DNA of 64,000 nt from Podarcis pityusensis (lineage: Eukaryota). Under the pieces are notes generated by a model, which was not told where the DNA came from, ran no database searches, and worked only from the letters and a program-made list of their open reading frames with translations. Positions within the stretch are counted from its first letter, which is position 1. Every line of letters begins with the position of its first letter. The position numbers and the translations under genes were made by a program. The DNA is taken from assembly GCA_964106645.2 (NCBI GenBank), contig OZ067051.1, one strand, 5' to 3'. Below, one piece after another: positions 10,901 to 21,894 of this stretch.

Positions 10901-12687
10901 TTACTGTCACATGCAGCTAGAAAAGCAAGTGAAATGGCGTCTTGGTCTTTTATGAGTGCAGATCAAATGTTGCTTTCACTTTTTATTTCCTTTTTCTCCT
11001 AGTTATGTACGCAATAATCTTCTGGTTTTTCAGGCCCGGAACCTACCTTTAGGACATCTTTAGTTTAGCCCCAAAACATGCATTTGGGGACCCCCTCTTT
11101 TTATTGTATATTAGTACACTGGTAGAGTGCTGTTGTGAACCACCTTTAGGTTAGGCTGCAACCTAGTAGGGGAAGATGAATGGCATAGAGCAGGAATAGG
11201 CAACTTGTGGCCCTCCTTGTGTTGTAGGACTCCAGCTCCCATCAGCCCCAGCTATCAATGGCTAGTGATCCAGGTTGATTGGAGTTGTAGTCCAACAAAA
11301 TCTAGAGGACCGCAGATTTCACAGGTCGGGAGAAGGGCGGCAGTGCAGTTCTGCTTTGCATGCTGAACATTCTACATTCAATGCATGGCACCTCCAGGAC
11401 AGGTAAGGCTAGAAAGACACTTGTATGTATCCACAGAAAGTCAAATACATGCAGGGGGCAGCAAATCACAGGAGCAGGCACCAGCAAAAAATCACTATGT
11501 GGGGAAATCTGTTAAGCCAGCCAATGACTCTACTTCACCCTTATTTCAAGCATAGTGATATATCGTTAAACCGTGATGTTTAGATGTTGAAAACCAGATA
11601 CCACCTTGGACTAGTGGGCTCCTATTCTATGTGTATGTAGCAAAATGGACCACATGGGCTATTTCAGTCTCTGACAGTACAGTGGTACCTCGGGTTAAGA
11701 ACTTAATTCATTCTGGAGGTCCGTTCTTAACCTGAAACTGTTCTTAACCTGAGGTACCACTTTAGCTAATGGGACCACCGTGCCACCGCTGCCTGATCTC
11801 CGTTCTTATTCTGAAGCAAAGTTCTTAACCTGAGGTACTATTTCGGGGTTAGCAGAGTCTATAACCTGAAGCGTAGCGGAGTCTGTAACCTGAAGCGTCT
11901 GTAACCCGCGGTACCACTGTATACATGCAGCTTCTTGTATGGAAGCAATGTCCAGGTAGGAAATTTATCTCCTAGGTTGGATATAGCCCTTGAGTGCGCA
12001 GCTAATAAAGCATGGCAGATGATAACCTGTATCCTTAAACCTTGCCTTTTTACCTCTTTCACCCATTCCTACAGGAACTCCCAACGTACAAGTTTATTCC
12101 CGCTATCCTGTGGAGAAGGGCAAAGAAAACATTGTGAATTGCTATGTGGACAACTTCCACCCTCCCAAAATCAACATCACAATTGAGAAGGGCGGGAAGC
12201 CACTTGAAGATGTGAAACAGTCTGACCTTTCTTTTGATAAAACCTGGGCCTTCAATCGCCTTGTCTATGCCAAGGTCACTCCAGATGGGGAAGATGTTGC
12301 CTGCAGAGTGGAACACAGCACCCTTGTTGGACCAAAAGTTGTCAAATGGGGTGAGTATCTGCCACTGTGGTCTGCTTTCTTTTCCCTTTCTTTTTCTTGT
12401 CAAGTCTTGAAACATGAACAGCTGTTCTCTGCCATCTGTAGTCCCTCCAGAAAACACCCGTCCTCAGATGACATTCACAGGCTAAGATTTGCATCTGTAC
12501 GTTGCTACAAATTGTCATGAACAACTAGTCATCCTTTGCAAGAGCAGCAGACATTCATTGACCATAATCTTTCAGCAAATTGCAAGAAATCTGTAGGCAC
12601 TTCAGATTAACGCTGTCATAAAATATTGGACCAATTTATGTCCGAGAGACACTTACCTTGTTTTCTTCTTCTGCAGAGCAAGAGTAA
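7845..12687 (+). CDS. B2M: Beta-2-microglobulin, 118 aa; join(7845..7914,12075..12350,12677..12687)
   Basis: Signal peptide exon, Ig C1 exon RTPNVQVYSRYP...NCYVDNFHPP...SDLSFDKTWAF...ACRVEHSTL...VVKW, short third exon EQE*; phase-1 introns as in other B2M genes. Confidence 0.98.
8430..8570 (-). mobile_element. tRNA-derived SINE with a CR1-like tail; related copies near 5235, 23478, 40748
   Basis: TAGCTCAGTTGG A-box, GGTTCGATCCC B-box, TGCAGGGGGTT(A/G)GACTAGATGA body, ATTCTATG end. Confidence 0.75.
11680..11919. mobile_element. Tigger-like MITE, copy 3 (B2M intron 1)
   Basis: Same TIR and TA TSD. Confidence 0.9.
12075..12350 (+). CDS. B2M: B2M exon 2 (Ig C1 domain)
   Basis: Acceptor cattcctacag, donor GGG|gtgagt; two Cys, HP and SDLSF..W motifs. 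Confidence 0.98.
12677..12687 (+). CDS. B2M: B2M exon 3 coding part (exon extends to the donor at 12714)
   Basis: Acceptor ttttcttcttctgcag; AG CAA GAG TAA; donor AAG|gtaaga 27 nt after the stop. Confidence 0.92.
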
Positions 12688-15600
12688 TAACCAAATGACC
12701 CCTCAGCAGGAAAGGTAAGATATAGATGATTATTGTTTAATTTAATCATCACTTTTTACAAAAGTGTAGTTATTTTACAAAAAATAACTAATGAATGATA
12801 ATGTGATTTTTTTTTTTTTATTTAAAGAAATATCTTTCCTTTCTCTCATAAGGGACAAATCAATCAATTTTGTGTTGGACTAGCTATAAACTGTGGGTGA
12901 AAACAGATGTAATATGAAAAGGAACTTGCACCTAATTCTTGAGCCATATCTTTTACTCCCAGCTGCAGTTACTGTGATGGATGTATCTGGCAGCGAATCG
13001 ATCTTTGGTTTGGCCCACCATCTGCCCTACTTCATTATTCCAGTGGGCTTTTTGCCTTTTTTTAATTTTTATTTTTAAAAATTGAATTGCCATCCAGACA
13101 TTTATTTGTCGGAGGGGGTTGGTTGGTCTGAATTGAGGAAATATGGAAGCTTTTTCAGATGGCCAAACTGCTCTAGAGATTGAGGGTAGGTGGGTTTGTG
13201 ACATCTGAGGTACTAGCCAATCGGTGCCATGTAATGCCAGATTCTCCACAAATTTGCAAGACCAGTTTTTTCCAGAACTCTGTCTTCTAGTGTCTTACTA
13301 TAACATAGCTTTACCCCATGCGATGATACTTTGTGGAGAGATCAAAGACTATTGTTGTCCCCTTTCCTCACATTGTTTAAAAATATGTCTTTATAGTGTG
13401 TGAGGGGGTATTGTATTGCTTTTGAATCTGTTTTTAGCTGTTTCATTACTGTAAGTCACCTTGAAACTCAGGAAAGGTGATTCATAAATTAATAAAATAG
13501 TTCTAGTCAGCTAGCTGTTACTCAAGAGTGGACCCATTCAAATTCATGGAGCAAAGATAGCCGTAGCTATTTCAGTGTATCTACTCTGAGTTAAATAAAA
13601 AGCTGAATACAACACATTTTAATATAAAATAATTATTTCAAAATGTTGGGGGTTCCAAGACTTAACTTTGTGGCGGGGACGGGACACAAGGCTTCTTCAG
13701 TGTTTCCGTGTTAGGCTTTTATAGTGCAATCCTAACCATGTATACTCAGAAGTAAGTCCTATTGAATTCAATGGGACTTACTCTCAGGTAATGCTTTGTT
13801 TCTTCCCTTCGTACAAGGCATCCACACACCACCAGCACCCAGTCAGTCATCGCTGTTCTGTGTTTCCCCCATGGCTCTTTTTCCTCAAAGGGCCTAAAGC
13901 CCAACTTTTTTCAGGAGGAACAGAAGAGTAACACAATATTCACCAGTGCAGATGCCCTTTGGGCCACTCTTCTGACTTTTATACAGGAATGGGGTTTGGA
14001 CGTATATTAGGAAACTGAACCTATGGCAGCTCAGCACACATTTGTTAGAACTTTTGCTGTGGGTGCCACCTTGCTTTTGTGGTGGTTGTTTGCTGTTGTT
14101 TTAATGAATTGCTTATTGCTATTTTTTTTTCCCTGGCTACAATCATAAGGAAAGAAAGGCGAAGCGCCACAAAACCGTAGAATGCTGCGAGAATCTGAAA
14201 TCTGTTGGGCAGAGTAAATGAGAACGTGGGAAGCCCTCAGAGCCCCAAACCTCTCTCTTTTAACTTCTGATGTGCTGGGCAAACCCTCAAGTCTTTTAAT
14301 CAGCATTCAGGTCAGGGGGAGCAGCCGCTGTGATGAATATCCTATTGAACATATTATACCCCCTTGGGTAAAAAAACTGAAAGCACCCTTTTAGTGAGTC
14401 ATCCCATTGGTTCATCTAGCTCAGCATCGTTTACACTGACTGGCAGCAGCTCTCTAGGGGTCTTCCCCAGCCCTGCCAGGAAATGTCTGGGGTTGAACCT
14501 GGGAAATTCTGCATGCAAAGCAGGGTGGCTATGACCCTATTCCCCCCCCCCAACCATATGTACTCCTCTTTACTGTCCTCCCCATCCTGACCCACCACTG
14601 GTTGTATACAGCTAGTTTTCTGTTGCATCTCATGCTCTCCAGCTCAGACTTGGTATTTTCTTGGGGAGAGGCACTATATAACTTCCTTTGCTGCTGCCCT
14701 CTCTCCCTCCTCCCCAACCACATTTCCTGTTTATGCAGTAGGAGGAAGGAGGAGTATGACAGGCAGCCATTTTGTTGTACTTGCCACAGCACATAATTTT
14801 CAGCCTGCCCATGTATAGCAATAATAATTAATAATAATTTTATTATTTATATCCCTCTCATCTAGCTGAGTATCCCCAGCCACTCTGGGCCATGCCACAA
14901 CATGGATGCCAGTACCAACCAACTCCTTTCAGTGTTGATTTTAAACAATTTCTTTAAAAATCCCTTTTTGGTCACCGGCAACTGTATTGATAAATGACCA
15001 GAAACTGTTGGTGGGGTGGTTTTTTTGGGGGGTGGGGGTGGGGGCAGCAAACTATTTTTAAAAAATCAGCATTGGTGGATTATAGCGTCATAATACAAAT
15101 TATATTTTACCATTATGGTGTGCTAACATTACACTTTTCTAATTATATATTTAGCTGCACACCGATAACTCTTAGCAATTGTAGCCTTATGAGGCTTTGC
15201 CCTCGGGTGGGAAAAATATTGCGCCCGGGAAAGGGAAGTGGGAGTCAACAGACACTCAAGGAATAGTTTTGGAGAAAAGGCTTTTATTTCTACCATCCAT
15301 GAACTGGTAGAAGGAGCAAGTGTGATAGTTCACAAAAAGCATGCACGAGTTCACAGTCATGTGCACAAGCATATATACCCCTTTCCAGTTCCCTCCTCCT
15401 TTCTCCTCCCTCAGGAGTCCTGCCCATGAGTTCCTCTGAGCATGAACAGAAAGCTGTCTTGGGACTATTGGACTCTTCCCAGGAAAGGGGGGGGGTGAGA
15501 AGCCTTGCGTTCAGTTTGTTCAGATGTGTTGCAACTGGAATGAGATAAGATTCGTTTCTCAGGCCTGAGTATTCTTGGCAATGACAGAGCCTATTCATTA

Positions 15601-16219
15601 GCCTTTAAAAGTAACATTTTGCCTATGCACAGCATCTTGTGAGAATAAGCAGAGACAAGCAGAGAAAAGCTGTTTTGGATTTTTTAGAAGACAAAAGGAG
15701 TTTTGGACAGTTTTGAGGCCTGGGGTGATTATTGAAGCCTGGGGTGATTTCAGACAGGATTTGGGTATCCTGTCCCTTCACAATAAGGAACAGACTGGTT
15801 TTTAAAAATAAATGCAAACCATAAAATGTACCCACCACAAGGGTTATATTTAATGTATGCTGAAGTTCCTATGGCCCCATCTAGAACCACTGTGTCATTC
15901 CCTGGGGTGGTGGTGGTATATGAAACCTACCATTTCCCACTGTGTAAAAAGGCCACTCCTTGTAGTTTGCGACAGAAGAGCAAAGCAGCCTTGCCCCACA
16001 GTCGTAGAAAAAGGCAGGATACGAAGGGAACAGGAAAACAAATACATGCAAGGATGAATTTCTCCCCTAAAGTCCAACACTGTTTTTATTTTATTATTTC
16101 TTGTATATCCCACCTCCCCCCCTGCTGCCCAAGAAACGCAAGGTAACATGCATGCTTCTCTGCCTCTGCTCCCATTTTATCCTCAGTCCTATGAGGTAGT
16201 TTAGGCTGGGATGATGATA

Positions 16220-16492
16220 ATTTATTGTTTATACCCCACCCATCTGGCTGGGTTTCCCCAGCCTCTCTGGGCAGCTCCCAACAGAATATTAAAAACACGA
16301 TAAAACATCAAACATTAAAAACTTCTCTAAACAGGGCTGCCTTCAGATGTCTTCTAAAAGTCAGATATCTGCTTATTTCCTTGACATCTGATGGGAGGGT
16401 GTTCCACAGGGCGGGCACCACCCCTGAGAAGGCCCTCTGCATGGTCCCCTGTAACCTCACTTTTTGCAGTGAGGGACCTGCCAGAAGGCCCT
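16220..16492 (-). mobile_element. L2 LINE 3' fragment
   Basis: Near-identical to the 3' end of the 20790 and 26041 copies. Confidence 0.88.
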
Positions 16493-16944
16493 ATGCCTAG
16501 CCCAACATCACCCAGCAAGTCTCTTGGCTGATTTGGGAATTCGAACCTTGGACTGCCAGACCCTAGTCCAACACTCTAGCCACTACACCACATGCTCCCC
16601 AACCGTTCTGAAATCAGTATTGCTGCCTATATTGGGGTGGAGAGGGGGGGCTTGAGACTAAGAGAGAGAGGGAGTGACTTGGTCAAGGCCACCCAGTGAG
16701 TTCCTGGTGAACCAAGAGATTTCTGGATTTGCAGCTCAGCCCTTAGTTAGCTCTCCCAATACTTCTCACTGTTCAAAGTGCTCTTCTACATAGACATTCT
16801 GCCTTCCCCTGCCACTAACAGGAAAGATTAGGTTGCAATAATGATGCTCAAGACCACATTGAGGTTAATTGTAGTTTGGCAGCATTTGATTTTTTCCCCC
16901 ACATGAGTCAGTATAAAATTTGGTTTTATGTTTTTTCTCTCCAG

Positions 16945-17780
16945 GTCCAAAGAGCCTGCCTTTTTATTGCCCCTTGAGCATTCTTCCTGCACTGTTCCTG
17001 CTTTTCTACTGATTATGTAGCTCTCTGGATAGTTTTCCACCATGAGACCTGCTGAGACCTGCTGATGGGCTGTGCTTGAGACTTTGAAGTGTATGATGTG
17101 GGCTTTCATATATGTGTGTCCACTGTAGGCAGACAATTGAAGATTGCCTTGGAAATCTGATCAGTCATGCATTTATTGTAACATTCAGTGATTTGCAGTG
17201 TGGCTTCATAAAAAAAAGTAACCTACTGTTGATTTTTCAAATACTTCTATCAGCAAAATCTTCCAGGATTAAAAAAAATAAAATTCTTTATTGATTAAAA
17301 ATTTACATATCTATACAAACATATGCTATCTCTTTACATATGAAGAAAAAGAAAATTATGTAGAAAATAGAAAATTTCTAAAGGAACAAAAAAGAGGAAA
17401 AAATAAAGAAATAACGAAGATACAAAGTCAAAAGAGGAAAAGAAAAGACAAGACAACATTATTTACACAATAAAAGTCATTGACGCAATCCTTCCATCCT
17501 TCTCATTATACTGTAGGAATTTGAATCTTTCCAAAAAGAAGCAAGTAGAAAGGCTTATGGGTTGCATCATGTACTAGTTGTACTTTGAATAGAGCCATTA
17601 AAGTTATTGGACTTGAGTAACTTTGGTCCATTAATTTCAGTGGATCTACTCTGAGTATCCTATATATTTCACTTTTTTGACTATGAATTAGTTTCTCATT
17701 TGGCCTGTCTGGAATGTAACTTGTAATGCTATTAGTATTAGCATTTATTAAACTCTTAATAAAGTACTTCTACCAAGATT
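16945..17780 (+). other. B2M: Candidate B2M non-coding terminal exon 4 (3' UTR)
   Basis: Strong acceptor ttttttctctccag ending 16944; AT-rich downstream with several AATAAA (about 17278, 17402, 17469, 17758). Confidence 0.45.
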
Positions 17781-18355
17781 TCCTTTTGTAACAGTTGGTG
17801 GCCTTGATTTATTGGTTTTCCAGGGCACGCCCACACGTTCATTCATAAGTAAGTCCTATTATGTTAAATAGGCCTTATCCCTGGTAAGTGTAAACAGAAT
17901 TGCATCCAAAATGCAAGATTACATCCATCAGCAGATCTTCACAAACATGTTCTAATCATAAGGAGTGTTCTATTTCTCCTCTCATTACACAATTGCAGTT
18001 AAAAGCGAGCTTTAAGAATCAAAATAAGGAGAGAGATTGTAAACACACTGTACTCCCTTCACAAAATAGGCCTCAAATTATATCTGTATCAGAACTCAAA
18101 TCCCAATGTCTCGAAATGCGTTGCATGCCTTGGGGGTGGGGGTCCCAGATAACTCTGAGTCTGTGAAAAAGAAGATAAGTAAAATATGCTTGTTGCCCAT
18201 ATGTAGCAAGCTGTAACTTTTTTAAAAAATAAAACAAAACTAAAAACAAACTGCAGAGCTCAGAACAAAGCAAACTGTCTCACTGCTTTCTGCTTATGAT
18301 AAATACTGTAATTCTTGGCCTGTAGAAGAGGGGAGCTGACAGCAAAGGATTAACT

Positions 18356-18618
18356 CGGGGGTCGGCAAGGTTTACCTCGCCTGGACCGGTTCAATCCAGC
18401 GGAGATCCCTCCGTGGGCCCGATCACAGGTGTGTGTGAGTGCCTGTGATTACCTGCATCTGCTCAGATACAATTTCCGGTGCCGCGGAAGCAAGTCGCTG
18501 TGCTGTGCTGCACCACTTTAGCGCAGCACGCGGGGACACTCCAGGCAGGCTACTCAGTTTGGGGGTGGCTCGTGGGCCGGTTAAACGACCCCTGTGGGCC
18601 ACAGGTTGCCGACCCCTG
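18356..18618. mobile_element. hAT MITE
   Basis: C(G/A)GGGGTCGGCAA TIRs; TSD GATTAACT. Confidence 0.9.
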
Positions 18619-20338
18619 GATTAACTCTTCTTCCAGAAGAAGGCAGGACCAATCAGAAACACTTTGATCTTCCTGAAGGAGCAAATGTGGGATGGGCAAT
18701 TGATGGGATATTTACCTTTTGCAATAGGCTGCATTCCAGACACAGGTTTCTAAACACACCCCAAGCAAGAAGCTATATGCCCTTCTGAGTTCTCCATGAC
18801 AGGCCATTCCTACTGTGAAAGAATAAATGATCACAAATCTAACATCAAAAATGGCAGCGTTCAGAAGCAAGTAGGGGAACATTTCTACCTTCCAGGAGAC
18901 TGTATAAGATCTAAAAGTAGCCACCCTAGGACAAAGGAACATCAAAGGAAGACTGCAATGTGAAATTGCTGTGTGCTTGTGTATATATACACCCATTACT
19001 CAGGATCATCTGATGAACTAGACTGTAGACCATTAAATGTTATACCATAATAAATGTGTTAGCCTTTAAGGTGTTCTAAGACTCGTGGTTGTTTTAGCAG
19101 ATCATATAACCCACAAAAGCATATTCTGGGCCAACATCCACAGTTCCAGAGTGGAGAGGGAATCTAACTGATGGTAAACAACTGATTTTACCAAGATTAT
19201 AAATATGTTTTTCAAACACCTTATCACATGCAAGGCAAAAGTGGATTTTTTTTCTGTATTAAAACTGAAGGAGAAGCATACATCAGTAATTATTGACCAT
19301 GGATACCATGTGAGAGATATTTCTGGTTATACAGCATAAAGGAATTGGATAGCAATGCTGAGGAAAGAATAAAAACAGGCCTGTTTTGATGGAAGTTAAG
19401 CTTTGATCTCATCTGGAGAGCCTGATGGCTGGATCTGAGAGCAAATAATTTCACTGGAACACAGATGGAATCTTCTGGAAGAGGAAAACAGTTGGTGAGT
19501 GGCAGTTATCAGCCAGGGCAGCAAAGCTGCCTAATGAGATAGGGTGGAAGAAAAACAATAGCTCCTTGAAACACATTATTTCTAGGAAATAGGTGAGTTG
19601 GGAATAAACTGCTTAGAAAAATGGTGGCAATGGGAAGCTATTTTAATATAGAATGCCACTCTCAATCTGTCGGTAATTTTGAAAGGAGATCCAGAGCAGG
19701 AAAGTGGTATTGGTGTGGAAAGATAGAAGGTTGGTACTGACAAAAGCTTTATTTTTCCCAAAAACACATAATTCCTGGCGATACTGTGTATGTATTGAGT
19801 AAACCATACAGCTTGTGTGAAGAGGCTATATTCATCCCAACAGCAGTAACCTTATTGCTGGCACCTGTCCTGTCTTGAGAGGTAATGGAGTGTGCCTCCA
19901 GGGTGAAATCAAACCGCAAGCCTGGGCAATGTGGATAGATGTCCTGGGCTGCCCAGATGACAAGACCTCCTTCTGGGCCCTAGAGCCCAGCCTGGTCTTG
20001 CCACAGTGCCCCTGACCCACTCACCGAATGGCTGCCCGCCCAACGTTGGAGGGATGCACCCACCAAAGGCCGCATTGACTTGCCAGCTGGACTCCCCCCT
20101 GCATGGGCAGGCAGGCAGGTGGCGCATTGCAGCCCCACGAACCCTCTGTGCCCCACACTTGCCTGGCAGCATTAGCGGTGACTGTTGACAGGCTCAAGGA
20201 GAACACTACACTGGTTGCCCATAAGCTTCCGAGCCCCATTAAAAGTGCTGTTTTTGACCTTGAAAGATCTTTACAGCTCAGGACCCCAATATCTTCTAGA
20301 ACATCTCTCCCGATACAAACCTACCTGGACCCTTAGAC

Positions 20339-20474
20339 CAGGCATAGGCAAACTCAGCCCTCCAGATGTTTTAAGACTACAATTCCCATCATCCCTAGCT
20401 AACAAGACCAGTGGGCAGGGATGATGGGAATTGTAGTCTCAAAACATCTGGAGGGCCGAGTTTGCCTATGCCCG
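20339..20474. mobile_element. Palindromic hAT MITE inserted in an old L2 fragment (about 20185-20650)
   Basis: 58-bp arms with 3 mismatches; TSD CCTTAGAC. Confidence 0.92.
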
Positions 20475-20789
20475 CCTTAGACCTTCCTCTGAGGCTTTTC
20501 TCCAGCGACCCCCTCTGAGGGAGGCTTGGGTAGTGGTGACAAGGAAGAGGGTCTTTTCAGTTGTGACTCCCTATTGGTGCAATGTGCCTGGTACCTTCGT
20601 AACATCTTTTCAGCATCATTTAAAGACTTTTACTTTCCCCCAGGCTTTTGATCGACTAAGACAATATTGTTCGTTATTACTATGTCCAAAAGCTTCCTGT
20701 GGCTGCTATAGGAGTTGTTCTTGTTCCTTTTGCTTTAAGTCACAAGTTAATTGGGTAACACATGGCAAACTAATAATAATAATAATAAC

Positions 20790-21197
20790 AACAACAACAA
20801 TTTATTATTTATACCCCGCCCATCTGGCTGAGTTTCCCCAGCCACTCTGGGCGGCTTCCAATCAAGTGTTAAAAACAATACAGCATTAAATATTAAAAAC
20901 TTCCCTAAACAGGGCTGCCTTCAGATGTCTTTTAAAGAGAAGATAGCTGCTTATTTCCTTCACATCTGAAGGGAGGGCGTTCCACAGGGCGGGTGCCACT
21001 ACCAAAAAGGCCCTCTGTCTTGTTCCCTGTAACCTCACTTCTCGCAATGAGGGAACTGCCAGAAGGCCCTCCACGCTGGATTTCAGTGTCCGGGCTGAAC
21101 AATGGGGGTGGAGACGCTTCTTCAGGTATACAGGACCGAGGCTGTTTAGAGCTTTAAAGGTCAGCACCAACACTTTCAATTGTTCTCAGAAACGTAC
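20790..21197 (-). mobile_element. L2 LINE 3' fragment
   Basis: Same family as 26041; [11 protein letters not shown]...LWNALP. Confidence 0.9.
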
Positions 21198-21402
21198 AAA
21201 TAGCAATGATATTGCCCTGGGAGGGAAGACTCTACTGAAAGGTCTCACATCGAGTAGAGTTTTGCCACAGTGCAAGATGTCCTCACATAACTGCCACCCA
21301 GCCTTGATTATTATGCTTTATGATAAGCTCATTTAACTCCTTTTTCATCTGACAGGATGGCCCTATCTTGACTGCTGCCTTAGGGCATGTCTTTCTGCTA
21401 TA

Positions 21403-21894
21403 ATGTCCACACCCGCAAGCAAAAACCCTTCAACTACCTCATTTACTACAACTGAAAAAGAAGCCCAACCTGCCGGCGCCAGTTCTTCTGAAACCTCTTG
21501 GGAGATACATGCAGATGATTTCACCAAGGAGTTATCCTGCGCTATATGTCTAGAGCTGTTTAAGGAGCCTGTCATTCTGCCCTGTGGCCACAACTTCTGC
21601 AAAAATTGTCTAGAGGCAGTATGGGGGAAAAAGGGAGTCTTCTGTCCACAATGCCACGCGAGCGTTCCAGAGCGAAAGTTCATAGCAAACAAAACACTGG
21701 AGAAAATGGCGGAAAGGATTAAGACCTTTCATGTGGGGTGCCAGCAACAGAAGTGCATAGAACACAGCGAGCCCTACACCCTCTACTGGAAGCCGCAAGA
21801 AAAGCTAGCTTGCTTCAGCTGCCGAGAAACTCAACAACCCAAAGAACAAAGCACCCAGTTTCTCCTTATCCCAGATGCCGTCCAGATTTATACG
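21403..21894 (+). CDS. TRIM69: TRIM69 RING / B-box-remnant exon (exon acceptor at 21355|21356)
   Basis: CAIC...LPCGHNFC..C...CPQC; donor ACG|gtaacc; start codon somewhat uncertain. Confidence 0.93.

Noticed and set aside
17790-17900. Possible TRIM69 promoter / first exon (MYB-like, ATTGG, GC box, gtaagt)
   Set aside because: The donor-like sites belong to a dispersed repeat also present near 13726; the remaining motifs are too short to support a call
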